From Heptranchias perlo (taxonomy: Eukaryota): a stretch of DNA of 64,000 nt. The translations under genes and the position numbers were made by a program. The notes beneath the pieces are model-generated. The model did no database searches, had not been told where the DNA came from, and worked only from the letters and a program-made list of their open reading frames with translations. The stretch lies in NCBI RefSeq assembly GCF_035084215.1, contig NC_090351.1:11408001-11472000 (forward strand). The letters are read 5' to 3'. Every line of letters starts with the position of its first letter. Within the stretch, counting starts at the first letter, position 1. Below are positions 50,201-63,247 of the stretch, in pieces.

Positions 50201-51786
50201 TATGTATCTATATAGCGCCTTATCACATCTCTCAGAAACATCTCAAAGTGCTTCAGATAGAATGAACTACTTTGTAGGAAACACATATACACCTACATAT
50301 CCTACACTGTACTTATCCACGTTCATACCGCACTTACATATACACCTACATATCCTACACTGTACTTATCCACGTTCATACCGCACTTACATATACACCT
50401 ACATATCCTACACTGTACTTATCCACATTCATACCGCACTTACATATACACCTACATATCCTACACTGTACTTATCCACGTTCATACCGCACTTACATAT
50501 ACGCCTACATATCCTACACTGTACTTATCCACGTCCATACCGCACTTACATATACACCTACATATCCTACACTGTACTTATCCACATTCATACCGCACTT
50601 ACATATACACCTACATATCCTACACTGTACTTATCCACATTCATACCGCACTTACATATACACCTACATATCCTACACTGTACTTATCCACATTCATACC
50701 GCACTTACATATACACCTACATATCCTACACTGTACTTATCCACATTCATACCGCACTTACATATACACCTACATATCCTACACTGTACTTATCCACGTC
50801 CATACCGCACTTACATATACACCTACATATCCTACACTGTACTTATCCACATTCATACCGCACTTACATATACACCTACATATCCTACACTGTACTTATC
50901 CACGTTCATACCGCACTTACATATACGCCTACATACTCATATCATATTTGACACAATATATGAGGGCCAATGTGTACTCCTGCTGGCAGCACCTATCAGG
51001 AAACTGCAGGTGTGTTGCCCATCATGGACTGGCCAATTTTGGGGTAGCGTGCCCACAACTTCTCGATATGAGCTCCTGGCACATGAGGCTCTGTGCCAGG
51101 TCCGCGCAATCATAAAACCAGACCAATGTTGTACTTGTAACACAAACAACACCTTCTTCAGAAACTCCGACACACAGAAATATAAATCCAGAGATAACTG
51201 TTAGTGATATTAGTGAATTAATGCTCATGCAGGCCTTATTTTAATTAGATTAATACCTGCACTAAAACAGCGAAAAAATAAATGTCATTGGAATGTGTTA
51301 AAAGCTTATTCACTAATATCACTTAAATACAGTACCGACCAGTGTTTTTAACTTGTGGTTGTATGCACTCCAGTTTAAATTCCCTGCATCACTTTCTCTC
51401 TGTCAAAGAAATGTGCTTGTCACAATTAAATCTTGTCTGACACTACTTGATCTGTGGTAAGAGTTATAAACTGCAGTTCTTTGTATATAGTGTGTTAGCA
51501 TGGTCAATCTTTGGTCAGTTCATTTTCATCAGAGGTGAAATATATTTTAAAATAGCTCTTCAGTCTGTAGATTTTTTTTTGTCAAATCTCTATCTAACTT
51601 TTCCTTCTTTCCTGAAATGCCATCTCTGTATAGAAAGAGGTTTGACACTCACCCGGTAATTATTTCAAAAGGCCCCAGATCAGGGAGCTCTATGTTCTCT
51701 TCACAAGCCTCTCCATCCGCTTCGCCCTCTACATTTTTTCCACTGTCAACTTTCTTGGTTTCTTCTTTAGCCTTCTTTTCAGCCAT
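46698..51786 (-). CDS. APOBEC2: APOBEC2 cytidine-deaminase-family protein, 222 aa; complement join(51653..51786, 46698..47232)
   Basis: MAEKKAKEETKKVDSGKNVEGEADGEACEENIELPDLGPFEIITG|QRMPSIFFKFQFKNVEYSSGRNKTFLCY...HAEEAFF...WYVSSSPCAIC...RLFMWEEPEIQ...WEDLQDSSMFYEEKLHEIVQHA*. Zn motif HAE/PCxxC and a phase-2 GT-AG intron. Confidence 0.97.
47420..48280. mobile_element. Nested Deu-domain SINEs (antisense copy ~47610-48020 inside a sense copy)
   Basis: The sense copy breaks at ggatgttaa and resumes at taaagatcccatggc. Confidence 0.7.
49521..50030. mobile_element. GC-rich MITE (Harbinger-like) in APOBEC2 intron 1
   Basis: 16-bp TIRs AGGCCCCGATATTTAC / GTTAATATCGCGGCCT with 2 mismatches. Confidence 0.75.
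50283..50935. repeat. 53-bp minisatellite, about 12 copies
   Basis: Unit acatatacacctacatatcctacactgtacttatccac(g/a)ttcataccgcactt. Confidence 0.96.
51653..51786 (-). CDS. APOBEC2: APOBEC2 coding exon 1
   Basis: gcaATGG start; acidic N-terminus ending PFEIIT GG|gtgagt. Confidence 0.93.
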
Positions 51787-51885
51787 TGCGGTCAGAAAAG
51801 TGACAGATCAGTGCGACGTGGACAGACCAAAGGCAGCTCTGCACTGAACAAGCGAAAGGTCCCTGTTACATTACTGCCGCAAACA

Positions 51886-51895
51886 CTAAATAAGG
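51886..51895 (-). promoter_or_regulatory. TATA/CArG-like AT-rich box (CCTTATTTAG) upstream of APOBEC2
   Basis: About 100 nt upstream of the ATG, one mismatch to CC(A/T)6GG. APOBEC2 is muscle-expressed in other vertebrates. Confidence 0.3.
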
Positions 51896-52769
51896 GAGCG
51901 AAGGAGGAGGAGAGGTCTTCCAGCCCAAAATAAACTGCAACCGTGTCATCACCATCAGCCCTGTCAATCACAGGCAACTCTCCCTAATCGTCACATTTTT
52001 CCTGCTGGGTTCACAATATTTTCTTCCCAACACATTTGTTCCTTCCCTTCATCCTTTATTTCTTTTTCTACCTTCGTTTGAATCTTTTATCAAAAAGGAA
52101 GGAAAAGAAAAAGGTAAAATAATACAGCAGACTTTTAAGTTAAGTTTCTTATTAAATTTATGTTTCTTAAAAGAACAGTCCTCCATACAATAAATCTTTT
52201 CTTTAATTTCCTCCCTCCTTCCCTGAAGGCGTTGAGATAGACCTCCATGGGTAGCAGTTGGCACCTTGCCCAAGAGACTGTTCTTCATGTGCGAGCTTTG
52301 GCAGTAAGGGCCAGCGGGCTATTCTATCAAAAAAGGCATCACACCCTAGCCAGGTCCTGCCCTCACTTACCATCCATGCACACTGCACTCTCCAGGAGGA
52401 GTCTCTGGATAGAGTTCAGGAGCAGGAATCCTGGCTGACTGTTGGCCTCTTTAGCGCAGGTGCTGAGACCAATGGCAGTACCCCAATCGCTTCCCATTGA
52501 TAAACTTTTCCTTTTGGTTTGTTTATCAACACCCAATTTAAGGGGTCCTAATGTAGCTTGCATGTGTCGTGATGCCTACCTATTCGCCCTCCCCACTCTT
52601 TCATAAAATGCCACCATGAAGCATTTTATTGGCACAGGTTGAGTTCTTCCATGGTTCAACAGTTATAATCACTTCACCAAACAGAAGTTTGAAACCCATC
52701 ACTTATTCTCGTTGTTTATTTTCTTGACAGGCCTTTTCTGTTCAAGTTAGAGTTGACCTGATGGTTCAG

Positions 52770-52943
52770 AGGCATCCCGCCTGTTGGGAAACTGGTGGGA
52801 TCGGGTGCAACGTTAGTTTTAACCCTGCCTGACTTTACTCGACATTGAAGTCAGTGGAGAGTAACATTGGGCGGGGTGTAAAACCATCGTTTCTCCCAAT
52901 CCCATGGGTTTCTCATGCGGCGAGTTAGGTTAAAATGACCCCC
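52770..52943. mobile_element. Degenerate palindromic MITE
   Basis: Imperfect dyad centred on cattgaagtcagtg; ends gttaaaatgacccc. Confidence 0.5.
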
Positions 52944-53324
52944 TCTGTCTCTGAGCCATAAATTCTGGGAAGGTCCAGGTTCAGTCCCTGGTTTGGGCTG
53001 TTGGCTTATCTCTACTAAGGTGGGGGTAGTGACTCTACAATCAGCGTCAATGCCCTTGTTTCAGAGAATGGTTCTTACTCCCGATTATTATACAGTGACA
53101 CCTACTGAAAAAGCATGAGCACGGATGGTGGATGAGGACTGCATGAAGCCTGACTGAAGATGTCCTCCATAGATAGCCTGTTGGCACTTATCGTCATGAT
53201 TTGTGCATAGGTACTGACCACTTGAGTGAGGGCAACTACTGACGCAATTCACTTATCCATTTGGACATACATTTAAATGAGGAACCTCACTGTAAGACAT
53301 CATTTCCTTGTCACAACTGTTAAG

Positions 53325-53778
53325 GTGTCAGCTCAGTGGGTAGCACTCTCACCTCTAAGTTCTGAAGGTTGTGGGTTCAAGACTTTAGCACAAAACACTG
53401 GGCTGACACTCCAGGGCAGTACTGAGGGAGTGCTGCACAGTCAGAGGTGCTGTCTTTTGGATGAGTCATTAAGTTCAGGCTCCGTCTGCCCTCTCAGGTG
53501 GACATAAAATATCCTATGGCACTATTTCAAAGAAGAACAGGGGAGTTCTCCCCAGTGTCCTGGCCAATATTTATCCCTCAACCAACATCACCAAAAAACA
53601 GATTATCTAGTCATTATTACATTGCTGTTTGTGGAAGCTTGCTGTGCACAAATTGGCTGCCACGTTTCCTACATTACAACAGTGACTTCCCTTCAAAAAA
53701 GTACTTAATTGGCTGTAAGGCACTTTGGTGTGTCCTGAGGTCGTGAAAGGCGCTATATAAATGCAAGTTCTTTCTTTT
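53325..53778 (+). mobile_element. Deu-domain SINE (SacSINE1-like), near full length
   Basis: A/B-box head, Deu core and tail aggcgctatataaatgcaagttctttc. Confidence 0.85.
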
Positions 53779-54975
53779 CCTTCTGTGTTCAGGAGGGAAT
53801 TTTTCTGCAGGAACCCTTATTAAAAAAGCATTCTCATCATCCGGACCCACCGTTAAAGAAGAAATCATGGCATCAAGACCCCTGTTCAGGAAACTCTCCT
53901 CCACAGAACTCCATATTAAAGAGGGAAGTTTCACTCTCAAGATCCCTTGTTAAAGAGAGAGTGTCACTGTCTGGACAGTCTGTAAACATCCAAAAGGTCG
54001 GCCAGCATCTCAAAGACAGGTTGATGTTTCAGGTGAGATCGTTCAGCAGAACACTCCAGACAATTGGGGGTCACCAGGTTATTCAATGATACGTGCAATT
54101 TAGCCAAAATTCATCGTGTTGACATTTACACTTTCCAGCAGGGCTGTCTGCATAGCAATCAGGAACTGGAACCCTGGCTCCCTGGCTGATCTACCTTCTC
54201 CTCTCTAGCCTAAAGGTTCCAATGGCAATTGTAGTACCCCTATTACCTGCTTGAGATCAACTAACTCAGTGTAGACTGGGTGTTGAAGCTGTACTGTGGC
54301 CTTGCTGATTCAATACCACATTGAAGTTGTTTAGGAGTTATTCAGGATGCCTCTCATTCTACTTTTCATCCATTTCCTCTTTTGGTTTTGTTCTTTTCCT
54401 TTCTATCTCCTTTAAATGTTTTCTTCTCCGTTCCTCCATGCTGCCACTCGTTTATTATCCACAGTAACAGCTGAGCAAACACGTTTTCGCAATTTACTCA
54501 ACAAACTTTTAATCGACCAACAGCTGCATTCTCCGTGCAAAACCCAACTGGCAAGTCAAGGTGGGTATTTCGACCAATCGTGAATAAATCCCAGCTTTGT
54601 TGTGTAACCATTAAAACAGTCTCACTACACCGCAGTTCATCCAGTACCTACATACTGACATTCAAATACATTCAAATACCCAGCTTATTATTGTTACTTT
54701 CAATAGCAGCTTTTTAGTATTGGGACTCATCCTCCTGTGATAAAACAGTGCACAAAAAAGGAGGGAAGTGGCCATAGCCCCACAGGCCTGATGCTCGCCT
54801 TCATATCGGAGGTGTGGCAATCTGACTCACAGTGATGGAAAGTTTTTGGGGTGAAATATGGGTATGATATATTTATATATAAGCAAGGGGGAGTGGGGAT
54901 TGCCCCATAATCCATGTGACTGCACAAGCAGTAATTCAGAGTCATTGCACCTCAGCTTGTCAGGCGAGCAACAGC

Positions 54976-56246
54976 CAGGAATAACTGGACCAAAAGCTGG
55001 AACTCTGGTTGGTTTTTCTCCTTCCTAGCTCGGGAGGGACCGAAGCCCATTGTGGTAACCTGACTGCCACACCCGCACATTTCACACAGACCAGGGATTG
55101 AACCTAAGGCTGTCTGATATCGTATGGGTTCAGTTCTGTAGTTATTATTTTAAGAGTTATTCCAACCCTTCGCTCTAGAAGGAATCCTGGATTAGACTGT
55201 TGCCAAAGTGAAATCACATTTCAGCGATGAAGCAGATCGGAGTTTCTCCTTGATAGAGTTTCACTGTGAAAGTTTACAGCCCAAGGCTGCCATTTATCTG
55301 ATAGCTGCAGACAGAGTTTCTAAAAATGGAATTGGGTCACTAGATCTTCCAAGAGTGAAGGTTGGGGCGGCCGTCACACCTTCTCCTTGTGGAAACCTGT
55401 TATAATAATGGGTTTTTGAGAAGACAGTGCAGAGTTGGGGATCTCAGCCAGTGGTCTTGGTAGGAGTAAAACAATTTGGAGTAAGGAAGGGACAATCAGC
55501 CAGGGTTCCCACCCCTGATCACTATCCAGTGATGGAAGTGGATTTTCCATGGACATCATAGGAGAATAAAATAAGGCTCAGTTGTGGTACCTGCATTTAC
55601 TGTCACGATTCATGTGAACAGTGTCCACTTGGAAAAAGTACTGAAGAGTGATCGATGCTTTAGAGCCGTATCCCAGCAAGGAGTCAGGAGGGGGAGGGAG
55701 GTCAGATTTTCAACAGTGATGCTGTTTATAGTAACAAACAGAAACTTCCTTATGGGTTAACTGAGCTGCCATTTTGTAGAAGAGACATCACAACGCTGCA
55801 CATTAACCTTGACGATAGTGACCTGACCCATCAGTGAACACCTTACTGCACCTATCCGTTCGATTGTGTTTTCTTTTCCTATTTTAGTCTAGTGACTGAA
55901 TTCTATTTTTAGAAACTCTGCCTGCAGCTATCAGATAAATGGCAGACTTGGGCTGTAAACTTTCACAGTGAAACTCTATCAAGGAGAAACTCTGATCTGC
56001 TTCATCGCTGAAATGTGATTTCACTTTGGCAACAGTCTAATCCAGGATTCCTTCTAGAGCAAAGGGTTGGAATAACTCTTAAAGTAATAACTACCCATAC
56101 GATATCAGACAGCCTTAGGTTCAATCCCTGGTCTGTGTGGAATGTGTGGGTGTGGCAGTCAGGTTACCACAATGGGCTTCGGCCCCTCCTGAGCTAGGAA
56201 GGAGAAAAACCAACCAGAGTTCCAGCTTCTGGTCCAGTTATTCCTG
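54976..56246. repeat. Inverted duplication, arms 54976-55344 and 55888-56246, spacer ~540 bp
   Basis: Direct reverse-complement match with scattered substitutions and one ~10-nt indel. Confidence 0.93.
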
Positions 56247-56277
56247 CTGGAAATCGTGTCAGTGTGGAGGTCAGGTA

Positions 56278-56800
56278 AGAGGATATAGAAGCACTGGAGA
56301 AGGTGCAAAAAAGATTTACAAGGACAATACCAGACTAGGAGGTTATACCTATCAGGAAAGATTGAACAGGCTGAGGCTCTTTTCTCTAAAAAAGAGAAGA
56401 CTGAGGGGTAACCTGATAGAGGTTTTTAAAATTATGAAAGGGTTTGATAGGGTAGATGTAGAGAAGATGTTTCCACTTGTGGGGAAGTCCAAAACTAGGT
56501 GCCATAAATATAAGATAGTCACTAATAAATCCATTAGGGAATTCAGGAGAAACCTCTTTATTCAGAGAGTGGTAAGAATGTGGAACGAGCTACCAGATGG
56601 AGTGGAGGAGGCGAATAGCATAGATGCATTTAAAGGGAAGCTAGATAAGTACATGAGGGAGACAGGAATAGAAGGATATGCTGATAGGGTGAGATGAAGT
56701 AGTGTGGGAGGAGGCCCAAGTGGAGGATAAACACTGGCATAGACCAGTTGGGCCGAATGGCCTGTTTCTGTGCTGTAAAATCCGATATCATCCTATGTAA
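56278..56800 (+). mobile_element. CR1 3' fragment
   Basis: [22 protein letters not shown]...WNELP. Confidence 0.9.
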
Positions 56801-59800
56801 ATAAGGTCAACCTTTGCACTGATGCCCGCCCCTCCAATGGTCAAATATCCCTCTGATGCTCACTGTTCAGGCTCACACATGAAGAATGGCCAACTGAGTG
56901 GGGCAGCCAGCACTCATGGAATGTTATCTCAGCAGGAATCAGTGCTTTCAGGAGAGAAAGGAGAAAGTTGGAGGAAAAGATACTAGTAACTGTGCACCGT
57001 TGTGCTAATGTCATGGGGGAATCACTGACTGGAGTTTCTGCTGTGTTTGGAGACCTGAGGTTGATAGTTCTCCCAACTGAAAGTGTTTATTTGTACTGTA
57101 TCAGAAAAAGAGCAAGTTAGGCAGACAAGTCCCAGTGGTTGACACTCCATTGAGATAAGTCCATGAGTTAAGATATGTCTCTAAGAAACAGCATTGTCAT
57201 CCATCATTCTCTCAATCTTCCACTCACTGCCTTCGCTCAGGACACTCTCCTCGGTGTTTAACTATTACAGAACCACCCGACTCCTTCAACGGTGCATGTC
57301 CGCTGTGACGTACCAATGGCAGCATTCCTTTTTAAAATGTCCACAAGGAATACCCGCCCCTCAGAAAGGAACCAAATGCCTGAACGTGCCTAATATCACC
57401 TTAAAGGTAAATTTAAAACACAGCCTTAAAAACCGAACAGCAGCTGTTATCAGATCTTGTGTAAATTTGGATACTCTGACCATAATCCCAGTGAGGACAA
57501 GTACATTCACCTGAAGCAGTGACCACAGTGGGTACATCCATCAGGACCAGCGTTGTGGGATGAAAGCGCTCTGAAATACTAGCGAGAAACGTGCGAACAA
57601 TTCCTTGAAATCCCTTTCTGCACCAAATTAATGAAGATAAACAAGAACAGCAACAGCGATTTGCATTTATGTAGCGCGTCGAATGTAGAAAAACATCCCA
57701 AGGCGCCTCACAGAAACCTAATCGGACAAGAGTCGACACCCTGCTAACAATTATTGGCCCCTCCACCAGAGCAGAATTCCCTTCCACATCGCCCAGAGCC
57801 AGATACAGGGTTACTTGCACAACGAGGGTGGGAGCCTTGATACACCTGCCAGAAGGCAGTGTGGGCCACAGCTGCTCGACCTGATGTGCCTCTTTTGGTC
57901 CAAAGGAAAAAAAAAGTCAGCAAAAAAATCTTCTCCCCCAGTGGAGCCGACGTCCCTGCAGACTAAACTAATCGATCCCAGAGGGCTTGGGGCCCTTCAG
58001 TTGGCGTGAGTTCCATTGAGGCCTATGAAGGGTTTAATGGACTGAATTTCCAGGGGAAGCCCAGGAACTCTCCCAGTCACGCCCCCTTGATTTGGGGACA
58101 GATGGAACATCCACTCATGACCCCCTTCCTTGCCGGAATTTAAAGGGGCACTGCAAACGGAGAGAAATCCCAGTGGAACCAGGTTCCGCCACAAATTCCT
58201 GACTCCCTGAGTGAAAATCTTGCTTTCCACCCTCTCTGGCCCCAGGAACCTCAGGCCCAGTGTCTTTATTGCTAACGGAAAGAGGAATTTCACATAATTG
58301 CGTGAACCCATCGGTTACTGATAGCGCACAGCACAATTCATTTAATACCAATGCACTTTACAACGTACCCTTAGGTGGTAACACAGAGACAGACATTAAT
58401 TCCCCGACTCAAGTGTCACATCATACACCAGCCAAACCACAGACAGTTTGAGGTAACTCATGGCCTCCAATAGACCTGTTGCTTACTTAGAGAGAAAAAA
58501 ATAGATTATGAGCAGGCCCCAAATCAAATCAGATTACCAAGATTTACCTCTCTCCAAAATCTTGTCTCTTTCTGACCATCTGTTTACAGGTTGAGAAGAG
58601 AGGCTGTGGAATAGTCTCACGGCACTAGATAAAAGCTGGCAGTTATTCTAGTCTATAGAGGTTGGTGAATTCTTTGTAATTCGCTATCTGAGGAAACATT
58701 ATATTCTGCGAGGTCGCAGATCATTTTGTGTCATCCCAGAACAGATGAAAAAGAAGCAGCAGAATCAGTAGTGAAAAACGACAGGGCCGATTGTGTAATC
58801 TGCTAAAGTCTGGGTACGCAGGAGATGGTACGAAAGAGCTGTAGCATTGTGCACGATACAATGTGGTCCCACCATCACTGCAACGGGACCGCATACTTAG
58901 CTCAGTGTTTAAAGCTTCCCTGATGGCCAAGTGTGTAAATGAACAACCACATGATAGAGACCAGGGAGATCACAGCTTCAATCATTGGTCTCTGTTGATT
59001 TAGCTGGTCACTGCAATTGGTTCCAATGATCCAATGCAAAATACTTTGAGCGAGCGAGCTCCTCGTGTTCACAGCCCACAATTTGGCAATCTGAGTAAAT
59101 GTTTTAATTTGTTAATCTACTAATGGCCCTACTGTGCAGCAGAACAATTCTGGCCATTGGTGGGTTATTGCACTCATTCCCAGCACTCGAAAATGACCCC
59201 CAGTAACACCAGACTGTGAACTCCCTGCTGAACCAAACACCAACTGCAAATAAAATGTGTTTATCAGATTGCAGTGCCCTTGAATCAGACTTTCCACTTC
59301 TCTTGGACTCAGTAACTCACCTGATGCTGCTCCCCTGCATGTGTCCGCACATAACTTCCAACTGAAGGAGCAGCCAGTGTTCCACACAGTTGTGATTCCT
59401 GCATTAATATTGTGATATTTGCTGATTGGACTGGTTGTTCCATGATTTATTTTGACATGCTGTCATTCTGACCTTTTGCTAAGTTTTGATGAGGTGAATC
59501 ATCTCGCTGCAGAGTATCAAGTCCTAAAAATTGTACCACACCCAACAGAGATTGGCTCGTGAATCTATAGAACTGAGTAGGTTTTTTCTTTACAATGAAA
59601 TGGAGAACAGCAGGGGTGCACCATTATAAACTACACATATCCACCTCACCTCCTATAAATATCCATGTCCATCTCTACCGCCACTTCTATGCAAGATCAC
59701 CTTCCCTTTTTAGCTGGTTGCTAGACACTGGGATACATTGTGTTTTTATTGGCCTACAGTTGCTCTGTGTCTAAGAATGTTCAGGCGACAGCTGAGAATG

Positions 59801-60769
59801 AAGCTGCAGGGATCTCACAGAGGGCAGAGTTCAGGGAACCCTCCATATACCAGCAGGGAACAGCATGTTAAGCCAGATACCAATACGGCTGGAAATCTGA
59901 CAACAAAAACAGAAAAAGCTGGAAATACTCAGCAGGTAAAAACAGAAAACAGTCGCAGTTTCAGGCATCTAGACCCTTCCTCAGGACTAGGAGATATTAC
60001 AGATGAACAATATTTAAAAAGGAACACACAAGGCAAGGAGGGAAGGATGTATGGCACGGAACAAGATGGTAATGACCACAAGATCGAAACTGCCTTTCCC
60101 GGTTTGTTGTGTTCGCTGACAATCCATAAACTAATAGCATTATTAAGGTACTTATTTTCTCCCACTTTCCCTCCTCCTATAATGAGTGGGCAGGCAATCT
60201 GATCCCAAACCTCTGCTAATAGCCTGTCATGATCAGTCACTATGAGTTACACAGTACATCAGGATAACGCTCCCTTACGTTTGAGATTATAATGTGTTGA
60301 TTGGATAGAGGATTTTGCCACCCGGTGGCCAGAAAGAAATAGCAGTTTGAGGAGAAGAAACGCATTTGAACTGGAAGTGCCTGGGGTAGGTACCAGTGTT
60401 GCATTAATAAAGGTCTTGTTATTGTTTAGAGTACTACCTTGTGCATCTGATTTGAAGTATTGTGAAAACACAATTATCACCCAGATGCAGTAGTGGTGAC
60501 AAGGGTGAAAAGGAGTGGAATCCTGAAGGATGTACTGTTCTCAGGCCACGGATACAATGTCACATTAGGAAGGCAGAAAAATGTGATGCAGGAAAAGAAG
60601 ATTTTGAATTGTATCTTTACCTGTGGTCACGTCTTTGGTATAACACTCTCTCCCGCCACACCTCCATGACACTAAGAAATTAATCTTTGCTCTGGAGATC
60701 CAGGTCTGAATTCAGAATCTCTTTCACTTAACAGAGCAGACAGTTAAGTTAAGCACCTTTGTGTACTTA

Positions 60770-61079
60770 CATAGAATTACATCGAATGTACATCACAGAA
60801 ACAGGCCGTTCGGCCCAACAGGTCCATGCTGGTGTTTATATTCCACACGAAACTCCTCCCTCCTTACTTCATCTAACCCTATCAGCATATCCTTCTATTC
60901 CTTTCTCCTTCAAATGTTTATCTAGCTTCCCCTTAAATGCATCTTTGCTAGTCGCCTCAACTACTGCTGTGGCAGCAAGTTCCTCATTCTAACCACTCTC
61001 TGGGTAAAGAAGTTTCTTCTGAATTCCCTATTGGATTTATAGAATTCCCTATTGGATTTAGGAACTCCCTATTGGATTC
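60770..61079 (-). mobile_element. CR1 3' fragment ending in three tandem copies of gaattccctattggattta
   Basis: Same family as 23030-23600; triplication of a 20-21-nt segment at 61021-61079. Confidence 0.8.
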
Positions 61080-61384
61080 ATCTTAAACCTCTCGCTGACA
61101 TTCCTGCAGCATTGTCTGATTGAGCTGTATATAAAACACACAGGGATTTAATTTGTACTGGTAGCTCTAGGAATGGTAATCCCATGTTCCCCTGACTGGG
61201 GACGTCAGCCAATGTAACAACTCTGAAATCCTAGGATTCTCAGCCTAAAAATCCCAGGATTTGAGATTGTGGCAGTGAGGATGAAGCTTACCCAATGACT
61301 AGGAACGATGATGCCTGCGCAGTTCCCAGTGATTGAGTGAAGAGCAGATGGAGCTGGATGGGGACAGAGTGGGAGGATGGCACG

Positions 61385-61882
61385 GCTGAGTGAGAAAGGA
61401 GAGTGGCTGAGAGAGAAAGGAGAGTGGCTGAGAGAGAAAGGAGAGTGGCTGAGAGAGAAAGGAGAGTGGCTGAGAGAGAAAGGAGAGTGGCTGAGAGAGA
61501 AAGGAGAGTGGCTGAGTGAGAAAGGAGAGTGGCTGAGAGAGAAAGGAGAGTGGCTGAGAGAGAAAGGAGAGTGGCTGAGTGAGAAAGGAGAGTGGCTGAG
61601 AGAGAAAGGAGAGTGGCTGAGAGAGAAAGGAGAGTGGCTGAGAGAGAAAGGAGAGTGGCTGAGAGAGAAAGGAGAGTGGCTGAGTGAGAATGGAGAGCGG
61701 CTGAGAGAGAAAGGAGAGTGGCTGAGAGAGAAAGGAGAGTGGCTGAGTGAGAATGGAGAGCGGCTGAGAGAGAAAGGAGAGTGGCTGAGTGAGAAAGGAG
61801 AGTGGCTGAGAGAGAAAGGAGAGTGGCTGAGTGAGAATGGAGAGCGGCTGAGTGAGAATGGAGAGCGGCTGAGTGAGAAAGG
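61385..61882. repeat. 21-bp purine-rich minisatellite, about 24 copies
   Basis: Unit ggctgagagagaaaggagagt. Confidence 0.96.
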
Positions 61883-63101
61883 AACAAACTGGGACAAGAA
61901 AAGGGAGAGGAGCTAGAACTGGAGAGGTACTGCAGGATAGAGAATGTGGAGAGAGACAGAGGTTAGAGAGTGACCTGAGGGCAAAATATAGGTGTCCTTA
62001 AAAAGTAATGCCAGTGAATGAGGGAGAGGAGGTTAGAGGAAGTTAGAAATCCTGATACATGTTGGTGAGTGTGAGCAGGATCAAATTCACACATCCCACA
62101 AACTTCAGAAACAAGAATCACAGGTTCCTGCAGCAGCAGGTTTAAACATTTGTCAGGTTGTATTGGATCAGTATCGTAAGAAACACTTCTCTGGTATGAA
62201 ACACAAAGCTTGTTAACACTGATGGAGAAGACGGTGATATGAAAGTAATGGTAAACAGCAATCCCAATTCCCACCCATGGATACCAGGATTTGCAAGATT
62301 GAATCCTGAAATCCTGAGATCACAAGCGACGTCCGGGATTGCAAAGCTTGGCTTAAAGTGTTCCTTTATTTTAAAGTAATCACATATTTCACTGCTGCCC
62401 CGACTGAGATCATCTAACTCAACCCAAAATGTAGATCATACCTGCGACCTTCTTGGCTCAGCGCAATGGCAGGTGGATGTTTTTACTCACTGAACCATCA
62501 GGGGTAGCTGTTGAGTTATATTTAACTGGAACATTCACTTCCTGTATGTTCACAGTGACACGTGTCCCAAGGGTGGCACCCTGTCACAAATTGGTAATAT
62601 TTTGCAATGGGGTTGCCTTGGTTCCTCCTGATTGGGTGTCACCTGTGTCAGTCACGGCAAACTCCTTCTCTCATCAGAGCCAGCGATGTGTTTGTGCCTT
62701 ACCTCTGGTGGCTCACAATAAAACACCTCCGTGGGTGGGTTTCCATGTCCTCTGTGGCATAGGCCCACAGTCTTTGTATTGCAGCGTTGCTGGCTTTCTT
62801 AGACCTGCCTCCAGTGGCAGCAGTTTAATATCCTCGTGGCATAAATGTCTTTGTGTACACTCTGCTACTGCAATGGTGCCAAGAGTGGGTTTCTGCACTG
62901 AGGGTGTCAGTAAGTCCTAGGCCCCTAACTGGGTAAGGATTCTACTGACTGCCCACCCTCCTCATTGGAAATGGGTTTATTTTAAAAACACAAGAAAGGA
63001 AATGAATTACCCACAGAGGTCAGCCCAGCAGGAGCTGAACCGGAGTCAAGAAGAAATATACATTAGGTATAGGACGGACATTCTATCTGGAGAGACAAGG
63101 A

Positions 63102-63247
63102 GGGTGAAATTGGACTCGGGCGGGGGACGCGGAACAGATGGAATCGCACCAGCCGCCCGCCCAATACTCATCTCCATTGAACCGAATCTCGGACGGAGCG
63201 TGTAACGGGCGACCCATGCGATTCCACCCATGTCCGATTTCAACCCC
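63102..63247. mobile_element. Short MITE
   Basis: TIR-like GGGTGAAATTGGAC / GTCCGATTTCAACCC and an internal dyad tggaatcgca/tgcgattcca. Confidence 0.6.

Noticed and set aside
50202-50951. 249-aa His/Tyr/Thr-rich ORF and CRISPR-like periodicity
   Set aside because: Pure 53-bp tandem repeat with no unique spacers, in vertebrate intronic DNA.
61205-61916. Repetitive ORFs (WLREKGE / SHSPFSL)
   Set aside because: Translation of the 21-bp minisatellite.
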